Assembly: GCA_043228905.1 (NCBI GenBank) | Contig: JBHGNT010000006.1 | Coordinates: 15,624,001-15,688,000, forward strand | Origin: Azolla caroliniana | Taxonomy: Eukaryota > Plantae > Polypodiophyta | DNA: 64,000 bases | Direction: 5' to 3' | Shown: in pieces, positions 36,110 to 49,500 of the stretch | How positions within the stretch are numbered: position 1 is the first letter of the stretch | How the letters are laid out: every line of letters begins with the position of its first letter | Program-made: the position numbers and the translations under genes | Notes under the pieces: model-generated | Seen by the model: the letters and a program-made list of their open reading frames with translations, nothing else | What the model was told of the DNA's origin: nothing | Databases searched by the model: none

Positions 36110-38521
36110 ACCATGTTCAATTACTGTGATGATAAGAAAAACCTATTATGATCGACTATTAGCTATATAAATTATGAGTCAGAGAATCTGAAATAGTAAT
36201 CTGTGACACAACGTATACTCTAACTAACCAAAATTATATTAACTTATATAGCAATACAACTCGATGTTGTTACAATGCTCTTGGCCCCTTCTTATACGTG
36301 GCCTGAGAGACTTTCCAAGATTTATACAACTGCCTGCTAGGCAAGAAACCTACAATTACACTAATTGTCCTAATTTTTACTTGGCTTTAATATTATTTCT
36401 CTACTATCGTTTCACATTAGTCCTCTACAACTATGACTACAAATATGACTTTACTAGTTTGTCCACCTATATACTTGGTTGGACGACCGACTAACATATG
36501 GCACGCCTGTGGGACAGTGCCTTGCATGTTGCCCAGTGAAGTTGTGATGGAGTAGGTGTCGGAAAGACGGAGAACCAGTTGGGACTTCACTCGGCCAATT
36601 TTAGTGAGGTCGGCCCTGGTAACGCATACCAGACCTTTTGGACACTTTCGGATGAACAATGAAGAGTCAGACTTCAATGCCGCAAACCCCATCTTATGCA
36701 ACCGGTGCGTTATCTTTGAATTCAAAGCTCGGGGGGATTGCTTCAAGGTATTGAGTGACTTATTGAGTTTGCACCCTGTCGACGTGTTCATCTCCGACTG
36801 AAATCTAAGGGGTTGGATCATATAGACTTGTTCTTCAAGATCACCTTGAAGAAACACATTCTTCATGTCCATTTGGTGAAAATTGCACCCCCTTTCCATA
36901 ACAACTACTAGCACCACATGAACCTTCGTCATCTTTGCTACCGGAGCAAAGGTCTCGTTGTAGTCGATTCCGTGGGTCTATGCAATATTCCCAGGGGTCA
37001 TTAGCATCAAGTGCATGCATTTCTTCCTCCATCACGGCACACCAATTCACGTCTTTTGCCACGTCTACGTAGCTATTTGGCTCACGCACTTCCGTCACTT
37101 TCGTCATGTACGCATAGTGATGCGTCATGTATTCATTATACCCATACCGTTTTACGGGATTCTTTCGGTGGGTCGATCAACATAACTTCTCGCTACCCGA
37201 TTTAAGAGTGCCTTTGGACGACTCAGACTCTATCTCCGGAGGTCCATCTTCATTCTTTCTAGAGTCGGATTTGGTCCAATCCGACTCGTCTCTACCAGTG
37301 TCGTATTCCGACATCTTCTTCTTCCACTTCTCTTTGGGCGTGAACCATCTTCTCGGTTCCTTGCACAAGGAGAGCACAACCGAGTCTCCACTACATGTCG
37401 GCTCATCATCCTGTTGGTCATTTTGACTCAACTCTTCATTCGGCCCACTCAACCAGAATTAGGTGCGTTTTCATTCTTTTCGGAGTCGGATTCGGACTTG
37501 TTTCTACTGGTGTCGTATTCCGACATCTTCTTCTTCTCCTTCTCTTTGGGTGTGAACCATCTCCTCGAATCCTTGGGGGGGAGCACAACCGAGTCTGCAC
37601 TACTCGCCGACTCATCATCCTGTTGGTCGTTCCGACTTAGCTCTTCATTCGGCCTGCTCAACCGGAATGAGATCGACTCTCGTCTAGAGTAGTACTAAAC
37701 TCTACTTCTTCTTCTGGCCAGATCATTTCGGACTCACTGGTCGTATCCTTGGTGATTGGGTGGTCAGAGTTGTCGGGGGTCGGAATTGGAATCGGTAAGG
37801 ACTACCATGATGCCGACTCATCGAATTGGACATCTCGGCTTACTCCAACTTGTTTTGTCCGGGGGTTGTAGCACTTGTACACCTTTTGCTCATCTGAGTA
37901 GCCGACCAGGATGGACTTCTCCAACTTTGGGTTCAACTTCCTCCTCTTCTCATCTGGCACATGTACATAGGCAATGTTACCAAATATCTTGAGGTGTCGT
38001 AAATTCGGCTTCCGCCCGTCATACAAGCTCGTGGGTTGACACCTTGTCCTCGATCCAATTTTGGATGTACACTGCAGTCCTAACTGCTTCAGCCTAGTAG
38101 AACTTGGGCATGCTCTTCTTTTACAGCATTGCACATGCAACTTCCACAATTGACCGATTCTTCCTCTCTACTACGCCATTTTGCTCCAGCATATATTTGC
38201 AGTTGAATTCTCTCTTAATTCCCTTCAGTTGTAGATAACTATTGAATTGGCTGGAAAAGTATTCTTTTTCTCTCATCCGACTGTAGGCACTTGATCTTCC
38301 TTTTTGGTTCCCATTCAACCAAATTCTATAAGATTTGGAAACAATTGAAAACTTCGCTTTTCTTTTCAATCAGGCAGATCCATGTGTGCCGATTGTAGTC
38401 GTCGATGAAGGAGATGAAATATCGACTCCCGCCAAGACTAATATTTTCTGCTAGTCCCCATACATCTCAGTGTATTAAGTCAAGCTTGTTCCAGCTCCGG
38501 TTTTGCCCATTTGGGAATAGA
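36110..38521 (-). mobile_element. Copia I remnant (integrase, RT) adjacent to an LTR-3 family LTR (about 36110-36496)
   Basis: QNGVVERKNR, FGNIAYVHVP, HQMDMKNVFLQGDLEE. RT is truncated by a deletion near 36570. Linkage to the LTR is probable but not proven. Confidence 0.75.
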
Positions 38522-41500
38522 TGTCGAATACGGGTCTCTAATGGCCATATTCACATTGTCCCTTTGGACAGTGTAGGTTTAGGACATTTTTGTAAATATG
38601 TCAAAGGGTAGTTGTCCTAGCCTAGTTAGTATATAAAGGGCTTTGTAACCTAGCTCATGTTGTTATTGCTATTGTTAGAGAGCTGTCTCCTCCATTGTAT
38701 TGTAACCATTCTCTAAATAACATTGTTACATTGCGGGCCTCTCTGTCTCTTTGTTTCAGCACTAACGGCCTCAGTTCCCAACATTGGTATCAGAGCAGAG
38801 GTTCCTCAACTCGTTGCTAGCTATCATCAACCATCGACAACATTTTTGCTTTGTTTCCCTTAAAGAACCTGATTTCAAGAGTCATCTAGAGAAGAGAAAG
38901 AAAACTGAAGATTCGCACTCCGCTTCACTAGATCACTCTTAAGGTAAGACAATCGGTTGTACCTTGCCTCTATGATTGGAGCCTCCAAGAGTGGAATCTC
39001 CATTGAATCGACCTATTTGCTTGTCGTAATCACTTAAAGCAGATCTTGGTCTAGGAACAACCCCTATCCGTGTTTCATTCGATTAGACAACATTCAGGAG
39101 GACCAATGGGCTCTGTCCCTCTCATCGTCGTAGTCATTCAAAGCAAGATTGGCCTGGATAATTGGCACTTAATCTGTGATTGGTGCGTTGAAATCAACAT
39201 TCGAAATCTAATCGGCAAATTCGAGCCCAATCCGGCTAAGTCGATTGACTACAATAGTCGAAGTCGATTCAACTTGTGTTCAAATCCGATTGAACAATAT
39301 CAGGTGAGCCAGTCAGTAGCATCCCACCACCGTTTGTAGTCAACTCTGAATAGAGTCTGACAAGCCGACATAGATTGCATCAACATCCGGCTCGTCAGAG
39401 ATGAGTCTAACGAAGTTCAATGGATCAAACTTCAACTTCTGGAAGGAGTAGATGCAAGACTATTTGATAATCAAGGGGCAAATTGATCCCATCAAAACAA
39501 AAATGCTCCAGAAGGATACAAGCCAAACGAATGGCAGAAGTGGGATAGAATAGTCTGAGTCTATGTACTTCATAGTGCAATCGTGTTAGATAAGCTTTCA
39601 ATTATGGAAGACACAGTCAAACACTTATTAGAAGAAGGTAGCCCCCACAAAGATCTATCTAATTCGGCACCTTTACAACCTTCGGATGAAGGAATCCAAC
39701 TCGGTCCAGGAAGCCCTGAACGAGTATGAAAGTCTAAGCTCCCAGATTTGAGCTCAGGGGACGACAATTGAAGATGAGCTGAGAGCAATGTTGCTCATGA
39801 GTAGTATCCCCCCTTCATGGGAAACTTTCATCAGAACTGTGTGCAATGCATCAATTGTCGCCGTTAAATACTCCATAGTCACGAGTGTAATTCTGATTGA
39901 AGCAGCTCGGAGCAAATCATTTGGAATGACTCGACCAATGATGCTTATGTAGTACAAGGTTCAACTCACTGATCGAACAGTCGAGGAAGAAGCTCTTCTC
40001 GACAACTCAACAACTAGCGAAGTCCCGCGACAATTGAATATGCAACTACTACCAAAAACCTGGGCACATGAAAGCTGATTTTTGTGCACTCGAAGCCAAG
40101 ATTGACAATGCTCAACGAGCTGATCAAAACAGTGGCCGATGTGAGGAGGTTAATTACATCGTCTTTTCAGTCGATGTATTGTTGAACGACCCGAACATAT
40201 TATCCATTGAGAACCTAGTCGAATCAAAAGTTCTGCTTATGATTGAGGAATCGGGCACATGGCTCTTTTATCTGGTTGCATCCTACCATATGACCCCTCA
40301 CAAATCCCATTTTCGGCAATATTCATTCCGACACTCTGACTCAGTATGAGTTGGAAACTCATAGCATTGCGCTATTATTGGAATAATAAGTGTAGAACTC
40401 AATCTCCCAAGTGGTTAACACGTTCGCGTTCACAAGTGGAAGGATTGTGCATTCCACTTGTAGAATCTTCTTGCAACTATCCAAATATACCATCTCTACA
40501 AAGATTGGATGCACTAGTATCACATGTTCCACAACTTGATTAGAATTTGCAAATATAAAAATACATGATAGGTCTACAAGTGGAGATCATTAGAAATCAT
40601 GCAAGTTTGGATGTGTTGATAAGTTAATGTAGGCATAATAAAGTTCAACAACGGCTCAATATGTCACTAATGTGCAACATGGGAAACACTAAGTTAAAGA
40701 CTTATATTAATTTGGTAAGTTTTACAAACATATGAGGTGTACTTGTAACATACTGACCCATACTTGCATGTATATAATTGTGGACAATGTAGGATAGTGC
40801 ACTTTAGGATAATGTGATTGGAATAACTAACTTATTAAAGTATTTAATACTTGTATTTAAAGTTGATCTAATCTATTCCTCAGTTTGTTTGTATGGGATC
40901 AAACCATATGTATATAATTGTGGACTATGTAAGACAGTGAACTTTAGGATAATGTGGTGGAAATAACAAACCTATTAAGGCTTTCATACTTGTATTTAAA
41001 ATTGATCTAATCTATTCCATAGGTGATTCACACAGGATCAAACTCCGAACGATAACGCTAGTGGAACTACAAGCGTATAAAAACATGCGGATAACGCTAG
41101 TGGAACCATTCTCAACACACTACACAATCTAAGCAGCAATGGAAACATAATAGTTTTAACAATAGAAGACAAAGATCCATAATAACAACATGGACAGTCA
41201 TGGCAACAATTCTACAACCATGTTATGTTAAGGTAAACTTTGACCAAAATCAGCCTCAATTTAAACTAATTCATGTTTCTCCATAAATTTGGTAGTCAGC
41301 AATGCGCGCAGTGAAACCAATGTCATAAGTCTACTAACCAAGTATATAAAAATAAAATTGAAACATATAGAAGATTATAAAAAATAGAATCCACCAAGTA
41401 AAACCCAAAATTTGTATTAATAATGTGAATTCCAAACAATACATTTCACGTTTTTAAAAGAGTCTATTACATAGCCAACAAATCGTCAATGTCATTTTCA

Positions 41501-44500
41501 TCATCATCTTGTATAGAAGTCTCTTCAGCTATACGTGCATTGGCTTCCCCTGTTAGCCGAGCCAACGAAATATCTTCTATAAGCTCATCATCAAGCTCTA
41601 TTAGCTCCCCCGGTTCCCCGGTTAATGGAGGAATAGGCTCTCATGAAGCAGGTTGAAACCTTTCAGTATCAGTGAGGTTCTTTGCACCGACCTCCTCGTC
41701 CTGGTCTGGGCACTCCCACAAAGCCTTAATCCTCATGTTTATAAATATAACTTGCCCTTCTTCCTTCTCCAATGCAACTGTGTTTCTGAAGAGCTTCAAT
41801 GCACATGCAGACGTTGTCCCTGTGAAGAAAGTAACAAGAAGAATTAGTTCTCAAATAAAAAAGATTTAGTATTGGTTATCTCAAGATCGTTAACCTAGTT
41901 CGAGGAATACCTATGCCAGAAAAGAGGTCTAATATCCAATATTCTTCTACAAAAAACATCTTGATCAAGCGCATCATAAGTCGTTGAGGTTTTTGGTATG
42001 GGTTGACAAGTCTCCGTTCTGTCGTGGTGACATGTCGCAATATCCATGTCACTGCAGGATATACCAACAGATTTGAACCTCCCACTTCATTAGAATGCTC
42101 CTTGATTCTTTGTTTCTTAATTTCATCGAAGTAGCCAACCATAATGTATTCAATGGCATTAATGAACCGAAAGGTTGGCCCTCTATTTACATTGGTTTTT
42201 ATCCTATAACAAATATTACATCGAGTTAAGAATAGATTGAACAATCTTAAGAAAGGCAATATAATGAATGAGACATATAAATAATCCTTACCATGCAAGG
42301 TTCTCGATGCCATGGCAACGAGATCTCAAAGCTTGAGCTACCCAGTACCCTTGGTTCATACTATGAAAGAAAACTATTCTCCACAAGGATGGAGTCGTTA
42401 GCTTAGCAAAATCCTTGACCATCTTCTCCAATTGTTTAAACCTAAACGGTTCATCGTCGTATGATGACCCTGCCATTCGAAATCCGTATGGAATATCCGC
42501 AATCATTAGTTTATATTCCTTCTTTGGCACTTTTTGGATCATTTCAACGACATCGCCGCAAACCACGTTGTAGTAAAGATCTCTCGTGATATCCTTTTTG
42601 TGGCTAAATTTTTTGAAGGAGCCATCTTCCTCCATTTCGTACGCCTTGACTAAGCGATGATCCTTTTCTTTTCTGGCTCTCTCGAGATGTGCAAGGAAGG
42701 ATGTCGGGAAATCGTGTATATCCTTAACTTCTCCTTGTTTCTTGCCACGACACGGTTTCTAATAGAAGCAATAGGACATCAAGTTTAATTATACAAGCTC
42801 TACATATGAGGGAAGCTTAATGAAAAACCACCAATACTAACCCAATCCTTGAATGCAATACAATACTCAGATAACACCTTATATGAAGACGTTAGAGGAT
42901 AATCCTCGGTCACTTGTTCCCAAGTTATACATCCAAGTTGTTTCATCATAACTTCTTGGATCTTCATGTACACCTTATGACTGTGAAATTAGAAAACGAG
43001 ATTAGAACTTTCAATTGCACCATATTGAATTCATTATCACTATTTGAAAGACTTACTTATTGAACTCAGTGACCATTTCTTCAAGGCTTAAATCTTTCGC
43101 CACAACCCTTGACAAAACAAACACAAGAAGTTGCTCGTCCTTAATACCTTGTATCGCTCTCCACAAAGACAGCTTCATGTCCTCCTTAGCCGCTTCTTCA
43201 ATTGTCAAATCAATTTTCTTGGCCGCTTGTGACTTTAATTCTAGTTGAGGGTCTACCTTATATTTCTTTTGTCGTTGATCCTTAACCTCCTTATTCTCCC
43301 ACACTGAGAAGATTTGATCTTGTAGATCCCATACTTCTCCATCTCTAAAGGCAAGTTGAAACCAAGACTCATATTTCCGAATACCATCGGACTTAACATT
43401 ATCATCTAGCACAATGTTGACTTCATGCAAGCATTGACGTCGTAGGCATGGATGTAGCTTCACACCAAACTTTTGTTTGACGTCCAAATACTTGTGGTGG
43501 AAGAACCTTATACGCTCAATCGATGACATTTTTTGCCTATAGTCATTATCGTTATTGTCATTCCATGCCAACATCTTTGCCTCGTCAGCTGTGAGACCCA
43601 CGTAAATTTTGCACTTGGCATACTTGAAGAAGAAAGTCGTTGGATGTTCTCTCACAAGTTGCCAACGTGCCTCCGCCGAATGCGATCCACCAATTACAAA
43701 GTAATTGTATTGATCATGCTTTCTTATATCGAAATCTTCAATGCTTACACATTCTTTGGGATCCACCATAACAATAAAACGCACAACGGTAGCATGTGGA
43801 TTAATTTTCATTTTTTTCTTGAGATTTTGAACATGCATTCGGTGTGGCTCTCTAATCTCAAGTGCTCTTTGTCCTGTTTTTTCATCTATAGGGGGCCGAT
43901 GGATGTGTGTTATAAGAAAATTAAACACTTGCCCTTTCCTGACCAGTTTACGTTGCATTAACTCTCTTTGTATCTTATTCTTCTCGGACGACAACACACC
44001 CGATGCCAGCTCAGCTCCTGGCGTCCCCTTAGTGTCCTCATCTTCGTTTGAGCTTGATGAGTTGGAGTCCGACATTTTAGTGGTCTTCTTTTTTGGTGGT
44101 CTTGATTGTACTTTACATGCCCTTTTCGGGGCCTTCACTAGGGAGGGAAAGGGCTCCCTTAGAGTTACATGGCCTTGTATATAAGGCCTCAAGGTGACAA
44201 TAAGGTTTTCTGACCTTTTTAGATTCTTTTTAAAAGCTTCTGGCCCACAAGATTCCTTTACAAGTAGATCTTCAGAAAGGAACACTTTACGTACCCCCTT
44301 AGAACACTCTATCATTACAAGTAAGTTGGCTGAATCTGAATCTTTGTAGTCAAAACTTAGAATACAGTCATACATAAATGTGGTTTCATTTTCAAGCTGC
44401 CCCTCGCCCTTCTTCTTTGTTGTATACAACACATCTTTTTTCTTGGAGTCGACATATTGCATACACCATTCCTTGTCCGTTAGATCACGGTCAGGAAGGT

Positions 44501-45199
44501 CTTCACCACCAGTAGCTGCTAATATTTTCTTTTGGGTGGTTGAGATTTTGTCTCCTCATTGAAGAGAAGCGTTTTTCCTCTCTTCATGTTCTCAGGAGCT
44601 ATTAGGGTCTGGCTTTCAATTGGAGAGCCCTGTATTCGGAGCTTTATCTTCTTCACAGGTCAGTCTGACAAGTTCTCAAATGACCTATTTAATAAAGGAC
44701 ATGCGAAAACATAAGTTAGGTGGTCAACTAGATTAAGGTTGTATATTAAAATATACATAATTAGACGAAGACAAAAACTAGCAGGCGGTTTGTGGTAAAC
44801 TATAAATATCAATCATGTATTGAGTGAACATGATAGTCCTTTATTCAGAAATCCATTCTAGTAAGGCCTATTCAACTTAGAAAATTATATATCTTAATAA
44901 ATATACAAGGATATATATCATCTTGAAGGGTAGGTATGGCTTATATTGATTCCATATCCATATTGTAGAGAATTTGCATATGATAGACTTGAATTTGGTG
45001 TCATAAAGGTAATTTGTGGGTTATTTTCTACTATTTTAAGCTATAATAGGTGATAAAACCTATATAAGAAAGGCCCATATTTGTTACAAAATATGGCAAA
45101 TGTCGCTAAAAAAGTCTGGATTTGACACAAAGTTTGATATCTTTTCACACATATACTATATTGTTGCCCCAAAGACATATTCCTCTTTAAATTTTGTGT

Positions 45200-46531
45200 T
45201 TTATACAGGAACTCGATACGCCATATCGAGTTCCTATATATAGTTCGTGTTTTATACATGAACTCGATACCCTGTATTGAGTTCATGTATAAAACACATA
45301 CTTTACACATGAACTCGATATGGCTTATCGAGTTCCTATGCAAAACATAAACTTTAAATAGGAACTTGATGCGGCGTATCGAGTTCCTGTACAAAACACA
45401 TGCTTTACACAAGAACTTGATACGTCGTATCGTGTTCCTGTATGAAACAAGAACTCTGTCCACGTACTCGATACGACGTATCGAGTTCCTGTATAAAACA
45501 CGAACATAATACAGGAACTCGATACGCAGTCGAGTTCCTCTATAAAACATCTACATAATACAGGAACTCAATACGGCGTATCAAGGTTCTATTTAAAATG
45601 CAAACTATATACAGGAACTCATACGGCGTATTGAGTTCCTGTTTAAAACACAAACTTTATACAGGAACTCGATACGCCGTACCGAGTGCCTGTATAAAAC
45701 ACGAACATAATACACGAACTCGATACGGCATATCGAGTTCCTGTACAAAACACATGCTTTACACAAGAACTCGATACGCCGTATCGAGTGCCTGTATAAA
45801 ACACGAACATAATACACGAACTCGATATGCCGTATCGAGTTCCTGTACAAAACACATGCTTTACACAAGAACTTGATATGTCGTATCAAGGTCCTGTTTA
45901 AAACGCAAACTATATACAGGAACTCATATAGCGTATTGAGTTCCTGTTTAAAACACAAACTTTATACAGGAACTTGATACGCCGTATCGAGTGCCTGTAT
46001 AAAACACGAACATAATACATGAACTCGATACAGCGTATCGAGTTCCTGTACAAAACACATGCTTTACACAAGAACTTGATACGTCGTATCGTGTTCCTGT
46101 ATGAAACAAGAACTCTGTCCACGTACTCGATACGCCGTATCGAGTTCCTGTATAAAACACGAACATAATACAGGAACTCGATACGAGTTCCTCTATAAAA
46201 CATGTACATAATACAGGAACTCAATACGACGTATCAAGGTCCTCTTTAAAACGCAAACTATATACAGGAACTCATACGGCGTATTGAGTTCCTGTTTAAA
46301 ACACAAACTTTATACAGGAACTCGATACGCCATATCGAGTGCCTGTATAAAACACGAACATAATACACGAACTCGATACGGCGTATCGAGTTCCTGTTTA
46401 AAACAAAAACTTTAAACCGAAACTCTATATGGCGTATCGAGTTCTTGTTTAAAACGCAAACTATATACAGGAACCCGATACGGCGTATCGATTTCCTATA
46501 TAAAATACAAACTTTAAACAGGAAACTGCGT
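45200..46531. repeat. 51-bp tandem array of about 37-bp palindromes (ATACAGGAACTCGATAC-NNN-GTATCGAGTTCCTGTAT), about 26 copies
   Basis: ACTCG recurs at 45211, 45262 and 45313. A residual half unit lies at 50166-50180, beyond the LTR insertion. Confidence 0.95.
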
Positions 46532-49500
46532 TGTCGTGCCTTTCGGCTCTAGATCATTGCGTGAATTAGGTGGGAACCACCGAGGTTTTGGACTACGAGA
46601 AAAGAAAATTCTAAGATAATTAAGAATATAAAATATATGGTAAGAAAGAAAGATATGAAGAACTCGTGAATCCCACGAGTATAGTGTATTAATTGATACT
46701 TAGAATGTAAGAGAGAAATAGATGGCAAAATTGTGAATCCCACGAATATTTTTTTATTAATCAATCCCTATAAAATAATCAACAACCCCCCATACATCTT
46801 TCTCTCCTCCTTATATACGGATGGAAGAGGCTAAGCATAACTTCATGCTTTTTCTAGAGTGTTCATGCACACTAAATGTGCATGAGTTGCCTTTTTACAC
46901 TATGCTTTTATTTCCTAAATATAGTGCTCATGCTCGTTAGATGTGCACGAGTCATTTTTCATTGCTATACATTTTTTTTTATAAATAAAGTATCCGCGCA
47001 TTCTAAATAAATGCATGACTTACCTTTTAATAAAGGTAGGCGTAAATAAAGGTCTTATATGTATTAAATATGTATTTAAAACACTTAGGATAAGTTAGTA
47101 CAATGGTAAGGTTGGGGTTTGTCTACGAGGAGGTATAGGGTTCAAATCTTGCCCTATGCATGTAATAAATATTTTTAATATTTTATTTTATTTATTATGC
47201 GTACTTTAAATCGGATATAGTATTTTACATATTTTACATAGTGTGTGATTCACACTACGACACTCGTGTTAGGAAACAGGTCCCTCCGTATAGGAAGTGA
47301 GGAGTACCCGACTACCCAGAACCAGATGACGAGTACCCGGCAAGCGCCGGATGATGCATGCCCAGTGAGGAGTGCTCACCGGATGAAGAGACATATTTGT
47401 AAATATGTTTCTGAGAGTCCATCGTGGCTAATTTGTAAATAGACGAAAAGTTATATTAGTATAAATATGACTTAGGGCAAACTTATGAGGCGAGAATTGT
47501 TGACATTCTTGTTGGCACAAGATTAGAGCCTGCAACTGTGTACAGAGAGAGAGAGAGAGAGAAAGAAACGAAGAGGTCGTTGCCTCTGTTCTAACCGCCG
47601 CCTGTGGCGAAGATCGTGAGCACGAGGTCGTTGCCTCCGTGAGCTCACTATTGTAATCTTTGTGATATAGTGATAGTTCGCAGTTTGTGGGCTGCCGTGG
47701 TTTTTCCCTAGTTTGGGTTTTCCACGTAAACATCCTGTGTACTCTTCTCTCTTCACTGTGTCGTGCATTCATTCTTGTTTTCTGTGTATGATTCTAAGCT
47801 CGGTTGTGGCCGAGTGTTGCGCAAAGGGAGTGTGTAGTTCCTGACAAAGTGGTATCAGAGCGAAGCGACACAAAAAATGGACGATTCGTTGGGAGGCATG
47901 TTCAAGCTCACTGGCTCCAACTATTCGGTGTGGAAGTCGAAGATGAGGGACATGCTCGTGGTTAAAGATCTTTGGTTGCCGGTTCAGTTTGGGGACAAGA
48001 GACCGGACAAAATCGACGCCACGATATGGGAGGTGATGCACATGAAGACAATAGCGTACATACGGTGCTTCATTGACATGAGCCTATACAACAACTTCAA
48101 TGAAGCCACCCAGTCATCGAACTCTCGCCAATCTCGTCCCTTCAATCTCTCGTAAAGCTTCTTCAAAGGACTCCCACGTCGGGTTTTGTTGCCCTATTTT
48201 GTGGATTCTCTCTTGTAACTCATCTGTGACTACTCGATTGAAGGATGTCACTTGCAATCCTTCCGGTATCCCACATCGCATCATCTCGGCCTTGTATTCG
48301 CATAGATAGCGTGACACATCCTTTCCGTCGAATTCCTTGTTTCTTTGCACAAGCTGCACTACTGCCGATTTCATCTCCGACAGTGTGCGTTGCTCTTCTT
48401 ACATCCGCTTAATCATCATCATCATCATATTCATCGCTTCTTGTTGATTCTCCATCTCCTTACCACCCCTCTTCACGTCGGGTTCACCAAATGTGTCGTG
48501 CCTTTCGGCTCCGGATCGTTTGCGTGAGTCGGGTGCAAACCGTTGGGGTTTTGGACTAGGAGGAGGAAGAATTTGAGACGATTCTAATTATGAGTAGATT
48601 ATTAGAAACTTGTGAATCCCACAAGTATAATGTATTTTATTGACTAATATTTATGTAAGAATATGTATTTAGATTGATAGAGAAAGATATAGAAATCTCG
48701 TGAATCCCACGAGTATAGTTTATTAATTGGTGTTTTAGGAAATATATCCAATTTCCCAAATATTTCACACACACTACATTGTGCTCCCCATCCTTATGTA
48801 GTCATGAGGGAGTCTTAGCAATCCATGCTTTTTCTTCTCTAACTATAGACCCCATGCTTTTCCTATAGATAGACTATATTCTTTATCTAAAGTGATCATG
48901 CTTTTTCTAACTTGTACGTTTTTTTTTTTATCGACTATAGCGTTCATGCACACTAGATGTGCATGCGTAGCTTTTTCTTTTAACTAAAGTTTATCCTAGG
49001 TGAACTTACCTTTCTATGTAGGACATCTATTTTTTTAACACTAATGAAATGCCAGTGTAATGGTAAGGTTTCACGTTATTAACATGGAGGTGCAAGGTTT
49101 GAATCTTGCCCTATGCATGTATTATTTATTTTGACATTTTCTTCTATTTCTTCATATTTACTAAAACGTTACTTTATAAGTTTTTCATGTAGTGTATGAA
49201 ATACACTATGACACTCGCACCCTCCGAACCCGCACATTCTCGGTTATGTGCCGAAGTTGTCGGTGATTGTTAGTCTCGTCTGTCCATTCTCCGCCCGGTT
49301 GGTTTCATCGCCGGTCGTGTTTGGTTGTCGTGCCCGGTTGGTTTCATCCGCTCAAACATCATCATCATGTTTTTAGCCTCCGGTTGATTTTCCATCTCCT
49401 TGCCACCCGTGTTCACATCGGGTTCACCACTTGTGTCGTGCCTTTCGGCTCCGGATCGTTGTGTGAATCGGGTGGGAACCACCGAGGTTTTGGACTAGGA

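Noticed and set aside
41467-44462. Bacterial or phage contamination as the source of the ParB-MTase
   Set aside because: The gene has spliceosomal introns that rebuild motifs, a TATA promoter, and plant-type LTR elements nested in its intron.
45200-46531. CRISPR-like appearance (regular palindromic repeats) and the repetitive ORFs at 45041-46224
   Set aside because: Linkers are about 14 bp and themselves recur rather than being unique spacers. There are no cas genes and the context is eukaryotic. The ORFs are by-products of the 51-bp period.
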